The notes under the pieces were generated by a model. The model had not been told where the DNA came from and did no database searches. It saw only the letters and a program-made list of their open reading frames with translations. A program made the translations under genes and the position numbers. From an uncultured archaeon (GTDB lineage: Archaea; Thermoplasmatota; Poseidoniia; MGIII; CG-Epi1): a DNA stretch of 62,971 nt. The stretch spans positions 1-62,971 of the forward strand of contig CAZYZI010000001.1 in assembly GCA_964651915.1 (NCBI GenBank). Direction: 5' to 3'. How positions within the stretch are numbered: the stretch's first letter is position 1; every line of letters begins with the position of its first letter. Of the stretch, positions 25,494-33,877 are shown in pieces.

Positions 25494-26249
25494 GTGAGAA
25501 TACTAATTATTCTGGTAGCATTGATGCTTTTCACGCCAATAAGCAAGGCTGAACCTAGCCCTATGGAACAATCTTACGAAGGTAATCCAATCGTTATAAT
25601 TAATTTAACATATGAAGCCGGAATTGGAGGAGGTAACGACATTGAAGGCGAAGTAATTATTGAATTGTTTGTAAATTGGGCGCCAATTACAGTATCCAAT
25701 TTTGTAGGACTAGTGAATGAATCTTTCTACAATGGAATTTTCTTCCATCGCGTTATTGATGATTTTGTTATTCAGGCCGGTGATCCTACTTGTACCGCAA
25801 TTGGAATTTATCCTGCAAGTGACCCCTCATGCGGAAGCAATGGCTCAGATGAGACAATCCCCTTCGAAGCAAATGCAAATCTTACGCACATAAACGGTGC
25901 TGTTGGAATGGCTAGAGGATTAGATCCTGATTCCGCTTCAAGCCAATTTTACATTTGTGATGGGCCTCAGCATGGATTAGATAATGGTAATCGCTCTCAG
26001 GAAGACGATCCTGGTTATGCTGTATTCGGAGTTGTAAGAGAAGGAATGGATTTGGTACAAGCTGTTGCACAAGTTCCAACTTCTAATGACCCAATGAACC
26101 GCCCTCTTTACGAAGTTCATATCAATTCTATTACTTTAGAAGGATATTTTACTCCTGATATTGAAGAAACTGAAGATGAAGAAACGCCTGGAATTGGATT
26201 TAGTCTTTCTATACTATCAATAGCCTTATTGGCACTACGTAGAAATTAA
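25494..26249 (+). CDS. Secreted cyclophilin-type peptidyl-prolyl isomerase with PGF-CTERM-like anchor
   Basis: Signal peptide, then FHRVIDDFVIQAGDP, GAVGMAR, SQFYI and AVFG cyclophilin motifs. Acidic linker and tail ETPGIGFSLSILSIALLALRRN. GTG start. Confidence 0.85.
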   Translation: MRILIILVALMLFTPISKAEPSPMEQSYEGNPIVIINLTYEAGIGGGNDIEGEVIIELFVNWAPITVSNFVGLVNESFYNGIFFHRVIDDFVIQAGDPTCTAIGIYPASDPSCGSNGSDETIPFEANANLTHINGAVGMARGLDPDSASSQFYICDGPQHGLDNGNRSQEDDPGYAVFGVVREGMDLVQAVAQVPTSNDPMNRPLYEVHINSITLEGYFTPDIEETEDEETPGIGFSLSILSIALLALRRN

Positions 26250-26251
26250 AT

Positions 26252-26980
26252 ATGGACTCAATAATATTTCAAGGAAATGTAATCGGTATGCTGATGTATA
26301 TCATACCTGCAATGTTACTCTTTTTCTACGTAATTAATGGTCTAGAAGAAAAACTTGTTGAACGCAAACTCTACTTGGCTTGTGGTATAGGGGTTGTATT
26401 GGGAACAATTGCTGAAATAATATTATTCCTAAGTGGAACAGATTTGTATACTGATTTAGCATATGCTTCAATGATTTTAGTAACTCCATTTATCGTCATG
26501 ATGTTTATGTTTGTAGGTGTTAATCTAAAGACATTCAAAGATGAACCTGCGGCACCGCATTATTCAGCAGGATACGGCCTATTTTTTGGAGGTGCTGTAG
26601 AATTTTGGAAATTATTGATAACTGAAGATAGATATTCAAATATGAGCTCAGGTGATGTTTTACTTGTGGCAATGTTTGGCCTTAGTTCTGTATTGTTCCT
26701 TGGTGGGGCTGGAATGTGGATTGCATATGCAATCAAAGAAAATAATCCAAAAAATGGAGTTCGTATTGCAGGAAGATTGGCTGTACTTTATGTTTTCCTA
26801 CAATATCTCTATGCAAGCGCACTAGAGCATGTACATTATGGAATGCATGATCTTATGTTAATACTTGCTAGTCTTATGGCATTCTTTGTTGTATCTGGAG
26901 CTCTGTTTCATCAAGGTTACTTAAGATTGCCAAAAATATCTAAGATAACTATAAAGGACGGAGAAAGTGAAGTATCATGA
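26252..26980 (+). CDS. Polytopic (about 7 TM) membrane protein, function unknown
   Basis: 242-aa ORF starting 3 nt after the cyclophilin stop and overlapping the nuclease start (ATGA). No motif recognised. Confidence 0.6.
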   Translation: MDSIIFQGNVIGMLMYIIPAMLLFFYVINGLEEKLVERKLYLACGIGVVLGTIAEIILFLSGTDLYTDLAYASMILVTPFIVMMFMFVGVNLKTFKDEPAAPHYSAGYGLFFGGAVEFWKLLITEDRYSNMSSGDVLLVAMFGLSSVLFLGGAGMWIAYAIKENNPKNGVRIAGRLAVLYVFLQYLYASALEHVHYGMHDLMLILASLMAFFVVSGALFHQGYLRLPKISKITIKDGESEVS

Positions 26981-28194
26981 ATAAATTGTACGTGGCAGGA
27001 ATAGCTTTTCTTTTATCTTTTACAGGATGTATTGATACTGAAGATGATTCGGAAGTAGATCATACTCCCTCTCTGAGAGAATCTGTCGATAGATTATATG
27101 ATTATTGGAATTCAAGACCATATGTTACCGACTCTGAATGGTATTGTGGAATAATGGTAGAACCTGACGGGAAATTTTTGAATAATTCCGCTAAAGAAGA
27201 ATGTATCAATGGGTGGAAAGAGTTTTATGATTCTTGGTATGAGTACTTTGACGAAGGGTTCGAAATGAAGCTCATAGATAGTAATTATACTGAGGAAGAA
27301 AAAATGAATTACAAAGGAGTGGTCTATGAGGTGACTGTGGATCAGAAATATTGTTCGAGATACAACAGTACGGAACCTTGGGATTGTAATAGTGATTATG
27401 AAAATATTTCTCTATGGGCTCTGGTCGATGAAAAATGGGGTTGGGCAATCTACGGTTTGGACGAATACCTTAAGGAAACTGAAGAAGAAACTCAAGATTA
27501 CGACATGACCGTTACGGAAGTTGTTGATGGTGATACATTCTATCTTGGAAATGGCGACAAAGTCAGGATGTTAGGAATTAACACTCCTGAATCCGGAAGG
27601 CCTTATTCAGAAGAAGCTACAGAGTTTCTAACAAATATGATTTTAGGAAAAGAAGTTACTCTTGTAAATGATAGTAAAAATGGAGATTCAGATTCTTACG
27701 GAAGATTACTTGCCCATGTTTATGTCGATGATACATTTGTTAATTATGAAATTATCAAAGCAGGATTTGCATTCTGGTATCCTTACACATCAGGAACAGA
27801 TTTTGATTCCGAATATGAAGAAGCTCAAGATTATGCCTCAACTAATAAGGCTGGTCTTTGGACAGAATCTTCCTATAATTTGACTATTGACTATATTGAA
27901 TATGATCCAGAGGGGGATGAAGCTGAAGGAGAATATGTAGTTCTTACAAATCACGAAAATTACAATGTTAGTATGGTTGGTTGGTTTTTGCAAGATGAAG
28001 CTGCTCAAACAGCATATGAATTTGATTTTATTATAACAAATAACACAAGTATTCGGATTTATACTGGAGATGGAACTGACAATGCAACTACGTTATTCTG
28101 GGGATGGTATCAAGGAATCTGGAATAATAGTGGCGATTTTGCCATAATTCAGGATGAAAATGGCTACATGGTTGATAGTTACAGATACGATTAA
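26977..28194 (+). CDS. Lipoprotein nuclease: unknown N-domain + staphylococcal-nuclease (SNase) domain + lamin-tail domain
   Basis: Lipobox LSFTGC. SNase core VVDGDTFYLGNGDKVRMLGINTPE ... YGRLLAHVY. C-terminal LTD pattern EYVVLTNHENYNVSMVGWFLQD ... WNNSGDFAIIQDENGYMVDSYRY. Confidence 0.82.
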   Translation: MNKLYVAGIAFLLSFTGCIDTEDDSEVDHTPSLRESVDRLYDYWNSRPYVTDSEWYCGIMVEPDGKFLNNSAKEECINGWKEFYDSWYEYFDEGFEMKLIDSNYTEEEKMNYKGVVYEVTVDQKYCSRYNSTEPWDCNSDYENISLWALVDEKWGWAIYGLDEYLKETEEETQDYDMTVTEVVDGDTFYLGNGDKVRMLGINTPESGRPYSEEATEFLTNMILGKEVTLVNDSKNGDSDSYGRLLAHVYVDDTFVNYEIIKAGFAFWYPYTSGTDFDSEYEEAQDYASTNKAGLWTESSYNLTIDYIEYDPEGDEAEGEYVVLTNHENYNVSMVGWFLQDEAAQTAYEFDFIITNNTSIRIYTGDGTDNATTLFWGWYQGIWNNSGDFAIIQDENGYMVDSYRYD

Positions 28195-28241
28195 TTTCTA
28201 ATTCTGAACAAACTCTATAACAAGGCCGTAAATCATCATGT

Positions 28242-30017
28242 ATGGAACAACGTCTCTTTGCAGGAATTACTGTAGGAATCCTGCTTTTGTCATCGCTATT
28301 ATTGTACTTCAATGAAGACAATGAACAAGATGACGATTATTACATGGGCGATAATGGCCTTGTTCCTGTATGGGAAAGAGTAAACCAGAATTTCAATACA
28401 ACTGGATCTTACAGCTATACCTTAGTACCAGGACAATACGGCATAGTTGGTCCTGAAAGTGTATTCATTGATGTTGATTTGCCTTCAAGCGAATTAGGAT
28501 GTACAATTACTGATGATTGTCAAGTACATCTTGGATTATGGATGCCTGATGTTCCTAATGGAACTAAAGTTCCTGTTATTGCTGATGTTGGACCTTACTA
28601 CGATGATGGTGATGTAGATGCTTTAACACCTGCAAACCGTCTTGGCAAATTTTTGATTGAAAATATGGTTCCATATGGATATGCGGTTGCTCAAGTTTCT
28701 GTATTTGGAACTGGAATGTCGAATCACTGCATGGATTTCATGGGACTAAGTGAGCAAATGGGAATTGATGCTGCCGTAACTTGGTTAGGAACACAAGAAT
28801 GGAGTAATGGAAATGTTGGGATTGTTGGAAAATCATACGATGGAACTACACCTTGGCAAGCTGCAATGTTTGGCAATCCTCATTTGAAAACTATTATTCC
28901 TATTTCAGGATTAATTGGTGTCCATGATTTAATGTGGAGAAATGGATCAATGGAAGCTAGAGGAATAGCTATGCACAATGGTGTCTACGGTTCCTTTGGA
29001 TGGGATGGAGATAGTGATGATTGGCAAACTATGTGCAGAGGATATGCAGAAGGATATGCAAATGGACCTGCTGCATACTTAGCTGGTGACGAGGTTAATT
29101 ATGCAGGCAATACCTATTGGGCAGATAGACATTTCTTAGAAAGAGCAATGCAGAATTATAATGGCTCTATCTATTTCATCCATGGAATGCAAGATTGGAA
29201 TGTTGATCCGCATATGGCATTCCCTGCATATAAGCAACTACAAACAGCTGGATTCGAAATTAAAGGATTATTTGGTCAATGGGGGCATCACTATCCTGAT
29301 AGACCGAGTGACCAAAATGGAATGTCATCTGGAAGAGGAGCTGAAGCATTTCCATATTCTGTAAGATATGATTGGGCGCAAGACTTACTGGAATGGTTCA
29401 ATTACTATTTGTATGAAGGAAATATGAAACCTGCACTACATGTTGAAATGCAGGATAATATGGGTGGATGGAGAGTCGAAGAAACTTGGCCTGTTAATGA
29501 CCGAGAATATTTACACTTACCAATCGGCGAAGGATTGAACGTTGTTTCAGGAAGCGGATTAGTTGGACCAACCAATACATTGACACTAGAAACCGGAATT
29601 TTTGAAAATGAAACCCGTATTTCAGGTATGCCTACTTTTCATGTGGATGTTACAATACCACCTACCCAAACTTCAGGACACTTATTCATCGAATTATCTA
29701 TTACTGATGGAATACATCTTGGACATGGAGTAATGGATCTAAGATATCATGAAGGTGGGAGAGATTGTGGGCAACCATGCACAGTTATTGGAACCGTAAA
29801 TGCAAAAATGCAAATGTTTGCGCTGGATGTCGTTGTACCTGCAGGAAGTACCTTAGAACTTGTAGTTAGTCAAACTAATGATGACTATGTTCCTTCTCCT
29901 GTAAGTAGTGGATATGTTACAATTGGAACCGATCAAAATAGTGTGTTAACTCTTCCAATTATTGATAGGGGCCCTGAAGATTTATTCACGCCACCTATTT
30001 GGTACACTGAAGAATAA
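28242..30017 (+). CDS. Membrane-anchored S15-family X-Pro dipeptidyl-peptidase (CocE/NonD hydrolase)
   Basis: N-terminal anchor helix, nucleophile elbow GKSYDGTTPW, FIHGMQDWNV and a C-terminal beta-sandwich, as in the PepX/CocE family. Confidence 0.8.
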   Translation: MEQRLFAGITVGILLLSSLLLYFNEDNEQDDDYYMGDNGLVPVWERVNQNFNTTGSYSYTLVPGQYGIVGPESVFIDVDLPSSELGCTITDDCQVHLGLWMPDVPNGTKVPVIADVGPYYDDGDVDALTPANRLGKFLIENMVPYGYAVAQVSVFGTGMSNHCMDFMGLSEQMGIDAAVTWLGTQEWSNGNVGIVGKSYDGTTPWQAAMFGNPHLKTIIPISGLIGVHDLMWRNGSMEARGIAMHNGVYGSFGWDGDSDDWQTMCRGYAEGYANGPAAYLAGDEVNYAGNTYWADRHFLERAMQNYNGSIYFIHGMQDWNVDPHMAFPAYKQLQTAGFEIKGLFGQWGHHYPDRPSDQNGMSSGRGAEAFPYSVRYDWAQDLLEWFNYYLYEGNMKPALHVEMQDNMGGWRVEETWPVNDREYLHLPIGEGLNVVSGSGLVGPTNTLTLETGIFENETRISGMPTFHVDVTIPPTQTSGHLFIELSITDGIHLGHGVMDLRYHEGGRDCGQPCTVIGTVNAKMQMFALDVVVPAGSTLELVVSQTNDDYVPSPVSSGYVTIGTDQNSVLTLPIIDRGPEDLFTPPIWYTEE

Positions 30018-30019
30018 AA

Positions 30020-31918
30020 TTATTTCTTTTCAGCCGCCCGTCTTGCTTTTATTTCTTCAATTAGTTTTCTTGTTGCAGCCTCTTCGGCCTCTAATTTAGC
30101 TTTCTTTTCTCCAGCAATCTTTGCAGCTTCTTCTGCCTCAATTCTAGCCTTCTTTTCATCTGCTAATCTTGCAGCTTCTTCTGCCTCAAACTTAGCTTTT
30201 TCCTCTTCTGCTTTCTTTTCAGCCTCTTCAGCCTCTAGTTTGGTTTTTTCTTCCTCTACCTTCTTTGCAATCTCTTCAGCTTTCTTAGCTTCTTTTTCTG
30301 CTTTCTTGGCTTCTCGTTCGGCTTCCTTTGCTTCTCTCTTAGCTTCTTGTTCTGCTTCTTTCCTAGCTTTCTCTTCTTCTTTCTTCCTTGTTACTTCCTC
30401 AGCCTCTAATTTGGCTTTTTCTTCCTCTGCCTTCTTTGCGGCCTTTTCAGCCCTTTTAGCTTCTTTTTCCGCTTTCTTAGACTTTTTCTCTTCAGCTTTC
30501 TTAGCTGCTGCCTCAGCCTCCTTTGCAGATTCTTCTACTTGCCTCTCAGCTTCTTCCACTTCCAATTTAGCCCTTTCTTCTTCAGCTTGTCTTGCAGATT
30601 CTTCAGCTTTTTTCAAATCTTCTTCAGCCTGTCTTGCTTTCTCTTCAGCCTCTTCCCTTGCTTTTGTCTCAAGATTGGAATCTCCTGCAGACTCTGTTAT
30701 ATATTTTTCAGATGGTTTAGAGGATTTATACAAATGAACATCCCTCTGTGGGAAAGCGATAACTATTCCTTTTTCACCTAATTTAGCAAATACTTCATGA
30801 TGCAAATCTGAATTAATCTGTCGAATCTTAATTACATTCTTAATCCAAATTACAAGTGCAAAATTCAAAGAAGAATCGGCAAATTCTTGGAAGCGAACCA
30901 GAGGTAATCTTGTAGGGTCGTCTTGTTCAACATCTTTATTTGCTTTGGCAACATCAATTAAAGCTTCTTCAACCTCACGAGCATCAGAATCATAAGAAAC
31001 GCCGACTAATATTCTCAAACGATAATATCTATCTGGCTTTGTAAGATTTACAATATCTTGATTAGCCAATGCATTATTTGGTATAATTATAATTACATGA
31101 TTAATGATATCATAAATTTTTGTAGAACGTAGACCTACTTCTCGAATTATACAGTAAGTATCTGAAAATTTAATCATGTCTCCTGTTTTGAAACCTTGAT
31201 CTAACAATAGAAGAATACCAGAGAAGAAATTACTCAATGTATCTTGTGCTGCAAGTGCTATAACTAAACCAACAACACCAACACCTGCAATTAATACGCC
31301 AAAATCAACATGATAGGTTGAAAGAAAATTTGTGACACCAAATACTATTATCAGTATTGATCCTAAAATTTCCAAAAGTGGACCATACTGAGTATCCGAT
31401 TTTCCAACAGTTAACCAATCTGCAACTGCTGGAACAACAAAATTAGTATATGCCTTGAGTAAAAATACAGTCAAGAAAATTATAGTAATTGAATCTACAA
31501 TATCAACCATAATTGCTAAAAAATCTGTGTATCCACGATTTGTATTTCCAAGCTCAATAAGGAACATGGAAAATCCTTTAGTAACAAGCAACCAGAAAAC
31601 AACCTCGGTGGGATCCCATTCCCATTTTGCCAAGCCCCTAAAATAGAGTGATAGCGGTAAAATAAAAAATATTATGAGAAAAATTGCATATACTAAAGAT
31701 ATAAGAATCCAAATCGATAAATCTGAAAATTCAAGAATTATGTCATCATCTTTATCAGTAATTGAAAAATTTAAATCTTCACTTTGTAAAATATCATTAA
31801 TTATACCTTGTGAATAAAATATAAGGCCTAAGGACACAATAAGGCCGAACAATGTAAAATAAGGAAAATCCTTTCTAAAAGCAAAGCCAAAATTTGGTAT
31901 TCTTTCTGAAGGCAACAC
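30020..31918 (-). CDS. MscS-family mechanosensitive channel with ~225-aa Lys/Glu/Ala-rich C-terminal repeat tail
   Basis: Multiple N-terminal TM helices and the MscS core (NFFSGILLLLDQGFKTGDMI ... VGLRSTKI ... IIIPNNALANQDIVNLT). GTG start. Confidence 0.85.
   Translation of the reverse strand: MLPSERIPNFGFAFRKDFPYFTLFGLIVSLGLIFYSQGIINDILQSEDLNFSITDKDDDIILEFSDLSIWILISLVYAIFLIIFFILPLSLYFRGLAKWEWDPTEVVFWLLVTKGFSMFLIELGNTNRGYTDFLAIMVDIVDSITIIFLTVFLLKAYTNFVVPAVADWLTVGKSDTQYGPLLEILGSILIIVFGVTNFLSTYHVDFGVLIAGVGVVGLVIALAAQDTLSNFFSGILLLLDQGFKTGDMIKFSDTYCIIREVGLRSTKIYDIINHVIIIIPNNALANQDIVNLTKPDRYYRLRILVGVSYDSDAREVEEALIDVAKANKDVEQDDPTRLPLVRFQEFADSSLNFALVIWIKNVIKIRQINSDLHHEVFAKLGEKGIVIAFPQRDVHLYKSSKPSEKYITESAGDSNLETKAREEAEEKARQAEEDLKKAEESARQAEEERAKLEVEEAERQVEESAKEAEAAAKKAEEKKSKKAEKEAKRAEKAAKKAEEEKAKLEAEEVTRKKEEEKARKEAEQEAKREAKEAEREAKKAEKEAKKAEEIAKKVEEEKTKLEAEEAEKKAEEEKAKFEAEEAARLADEKKARIEAEEAAKIAGEKKAKLEAEEAATRKLIEEIKARRAAEKK
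30023..30706 (-). repeat. Coding low-complexity repeat (reiterated K-[AT]-K-[LFI]-E-A-E-E-A units) in the MscS tail
   Basis: KAKLEAEEV, KTKLEAEEA, KAKFEAEEA, KARIEAEEA and KAKLEAEEA recur in a continuous E/K/A tract. This accounts for the Ser/Ala/Phe-rich antisense ORFs at 30240..30781. Confidence 0.8.
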
Positions 31919-31987
31919 GATATTCCATTTGAAAATAGTTTATAAGTAAGGTGGGAACCTGTAAATAGGAACGCAGAATAAGCTATC

Positions 31988-32281
31988 ATGGCTGATTTAC
32001 TAAGCGATGAAAATGTTGAAAAATCATTGAATGGCCTTGACGATTGGAACTACAATGATGTTTACAGACAAATTCAAAAACAGTTCAGTTTCAATAGTTT
32101 TGAATCTGCTGCAACATTTGTCCAACATGTCGCCAGCATTGCAAGTGAATTGAGTCATTATCCTGAGATTCTTATGAAAGGATCTAATGTAACTATAACA
32201 TCTACTACAGTCGATGATAATGGTGTAACTGATAATGACATAGCTCTCGCTGAAAGTATAGAAATACTAGTAACGGGCTAA
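31988..32281 (+). CDS. phhB: Pterin-4a-carbinolamine dehydratase (PCD/DCoH)
   Basis: 97 aa. W-x-Y ... F-x-F-x-x-F ... A-x-x-F-V ... A ... HYPE ... V-x-I-x-x-T-T pattern (FSFNSFESAATFVQHVASIASELSHYPEILMKGSNVTITSTT). Confidence 0.85.
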   Translation: MADLLSDENVEKSLNGLDDWNYNDVYRQIQKQFSFNSFESAATFVQHVASIASELSHYPEILMKGSNVTITSTTVDDNGVTDNDIALAESIEILVTG

Positions 32282-32291
32282 GCCTTTAATT

Positions 32292-32420
32292 TTAAGATAT
32301 GGTTAATTCTTTGACCACATATTCTTCAGAATTTTTGTCAATATATTCTATCAAATCTGATACGTGCGGAGATTCAAGTAAAATCTCATTGGATTCATGG
32401 TCAATTATACGAAAAGGCAT
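32292..32420 (-). CDS. Possible 42-aa small ORF in the phhB-thyA intergenic gap
   Basis: Own translation: MPFRIIDHESNEILLESPHVSDLIEYIDKNSEEYVVKELTIS. It is the only open frame filling an otherwise unusually long 210-nt gap. No homology evidence. Confidence 0.2.
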   Translation of the reverse strand: MPFRIIDHESNEILLESPHVSDLIEYIDKNSEEYVVKELTIS

Positions 32421-32492
32421 TCTTTACACAATACACTAATTTATTTATAATTTACGAATGCAGAGCAACGCTTTATGGCCCCTTTCTACTAG

Positions 32493-33371
32493 GTGTATGT
32501 GAAACAATACTTAGACTTAGTACAGGAAGTTTTAGACCGAGGTACAAGGAAAGAAAATAGGACTGGCGTCGATACAATCTCGGCTTTCAATATCAATTAT
32601 TCAATAAATCTTAATGAAGGATTTCCACTTCTAACAACAAAAGAAATATCATGGAAGAATATAGTTATAGAAAATCTATGGTTTTTGTCCGGAGACTTGC
32701 ACATAGGACTATTAAAAAAGCACGGTTGTAAATTTTGGGATCACTGGGCTGATGAGGAAGGTTATGTACCTAGTGCGTACGGCAATTTTTGGAGAAAATT
32801 TCCAATACATGGAGAGCAAAAATACAATGACCAAGTACGTTACGTTTTAGATACTCTCAAAAAGAATCCAAATAGTCGTCGAATGGTAATTACTGCATGG
32901 GCTCCTGGTAACGCTCAAAGTAGCGGTTTACCTCCTTGTCATCTAATGTTTATCTTTAATGTTCAATATGATAAAAACAATGAACCAAGACTTTGTGTTC
33001 ATTTGACTCAAAGAAGTTGTGATGTTGCTCTAGGCGTACCTTACAATATTGCAGGATATTCGTTCTTGTTGCATTTATTTGCGCACTTATCTGGGATGAA
33101 GGTAGGGACTTTTGGACACACTCTAGTTGATGCTCATATTTACACAAAAAAAGCAGATGATTCTATGGAAGAATATGATCATATTCCTGGACTTCAAAAA
33201 CAGTTGACAAGAGATGTTGGTAAATTACCTAAATTAAAAATAGATTCAAGCATCAAAACATTGGATGATGTAATGGATTTACTTGATGCAGATACCGATA
33301 CCATACTTTCAAAATTTAAATTAGAAAATTATAATCCCAAACCATTCATTCCGTTTAAGGTCGCTGTATGA
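32493..33371 (+). CDS. thyA: Thymidylate synthase (ThyA type)
   Basis: KQYLDLVQEVLDRGTRKENRTG, active-site LPPCH, and RSCDVALGVPYNIA. GTG at 32493; the second GTG at 32499 aligns better with the canonical MKQYL start. Confidence 0.93.
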   Translation: MYVKQYLDLVQEVLDRGTRKENRTGVDTISAFNINYSINLNEGFPLLTTKEISWKNIVIENLWFLSGDLHIGLLKKHGCKFWDHWADEEGYVPSAYGNFWRKFPIHGEQKYNDQVRYVLDTLKKNPNSRRMVITAWAPGNAQSSGLPPCHLMFIFNVQYDKNNEPRLCVHLTQRSCDVALGVPYNIAGYSFLLHLFAHLSGMKVGTFGHTLVDAHIYTKKADDSMEEYDHIPGLQKQLTRDVGKLPKLKIDSSIKTLDDVMDLLDADTDTILSKFKLENYNPKPFIPFKVAV

Positions 33372-33832
33372 AAGGAATTTTGGTTGCAGTTTCTCCAGAA
33401 GGTATTATTGGAAAAAATAATACCATACCGTGGCATTATTCAACAGACTTAAAACGATTCAAAAGGTTGACAACTGGCAATACTATCATCATGGGGCGTA
33501 AAACTTGGGAATCTTTACCAATAAAACCGCTTCCTGAACGGCGAAATATAGTGATAACTAGAAGTTCAATAGAAGGAGTTGAATGTTTTCAAAGTATAGA
33601 CGATGCTTTACAAACTTGTGAAGGCGATATCTGGTTTATTGGAGGTGCTGGAATTTATGAAGAAGCGATGGAAAAGGCTGATGTAATTGATATGACATTA
33701 GTCCCAGATAAAGTCAATGGAAATGACTGCATTTATTTTCCAGAAATAGATGAAACCTGGAAAGAAGGAAAAACAAATGCCTTAGATAATCATCCCAAAT
33801 TAAAGCACAGAAAGTACACCCGTAGGGTGTAA
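33368..33832 (+). CDS. folA: Dihydrofolate reductase
   Basis: IGKNNTIPWH, MGRKTWESLP and FIGGAGIY motifs. ATGA overlap with thyA. Confidence 0.9.
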   Translation: MKGILVAVSPEGIIGKNNTIPWHYSTDLKRFKRLTTGNTIIMGRKTWESLPIKPLPERRNIVITRSSIEGVECFQSIDDALQTCEGDIWFIGGAGIYEEAMEKADVIDMTLVPDKVNGNDCIYFPEIDETWKEGKTNALDNHPKLKHRKYTRRV

Positions 33833-33877
33833 ACACATCTTTTATAACAAGTACGTTTCACCAAGTCTGGAGCGACT

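Noticed and set aside
30240-30781. Ser/Ala/Phe-rich ORFs (165 aa and 80 aa) on the plus strand, and repetitive DNA that might superficially suggest a CRISPR-like or tandem-repeat locus.
   Set aside because: They are antisense to the Lys/Glu/Ala repeat tail of the MscS gene. The repeats are imperfect, in-frame coding repeats without unique spacers, and there are no cas genes anywhere in the window.
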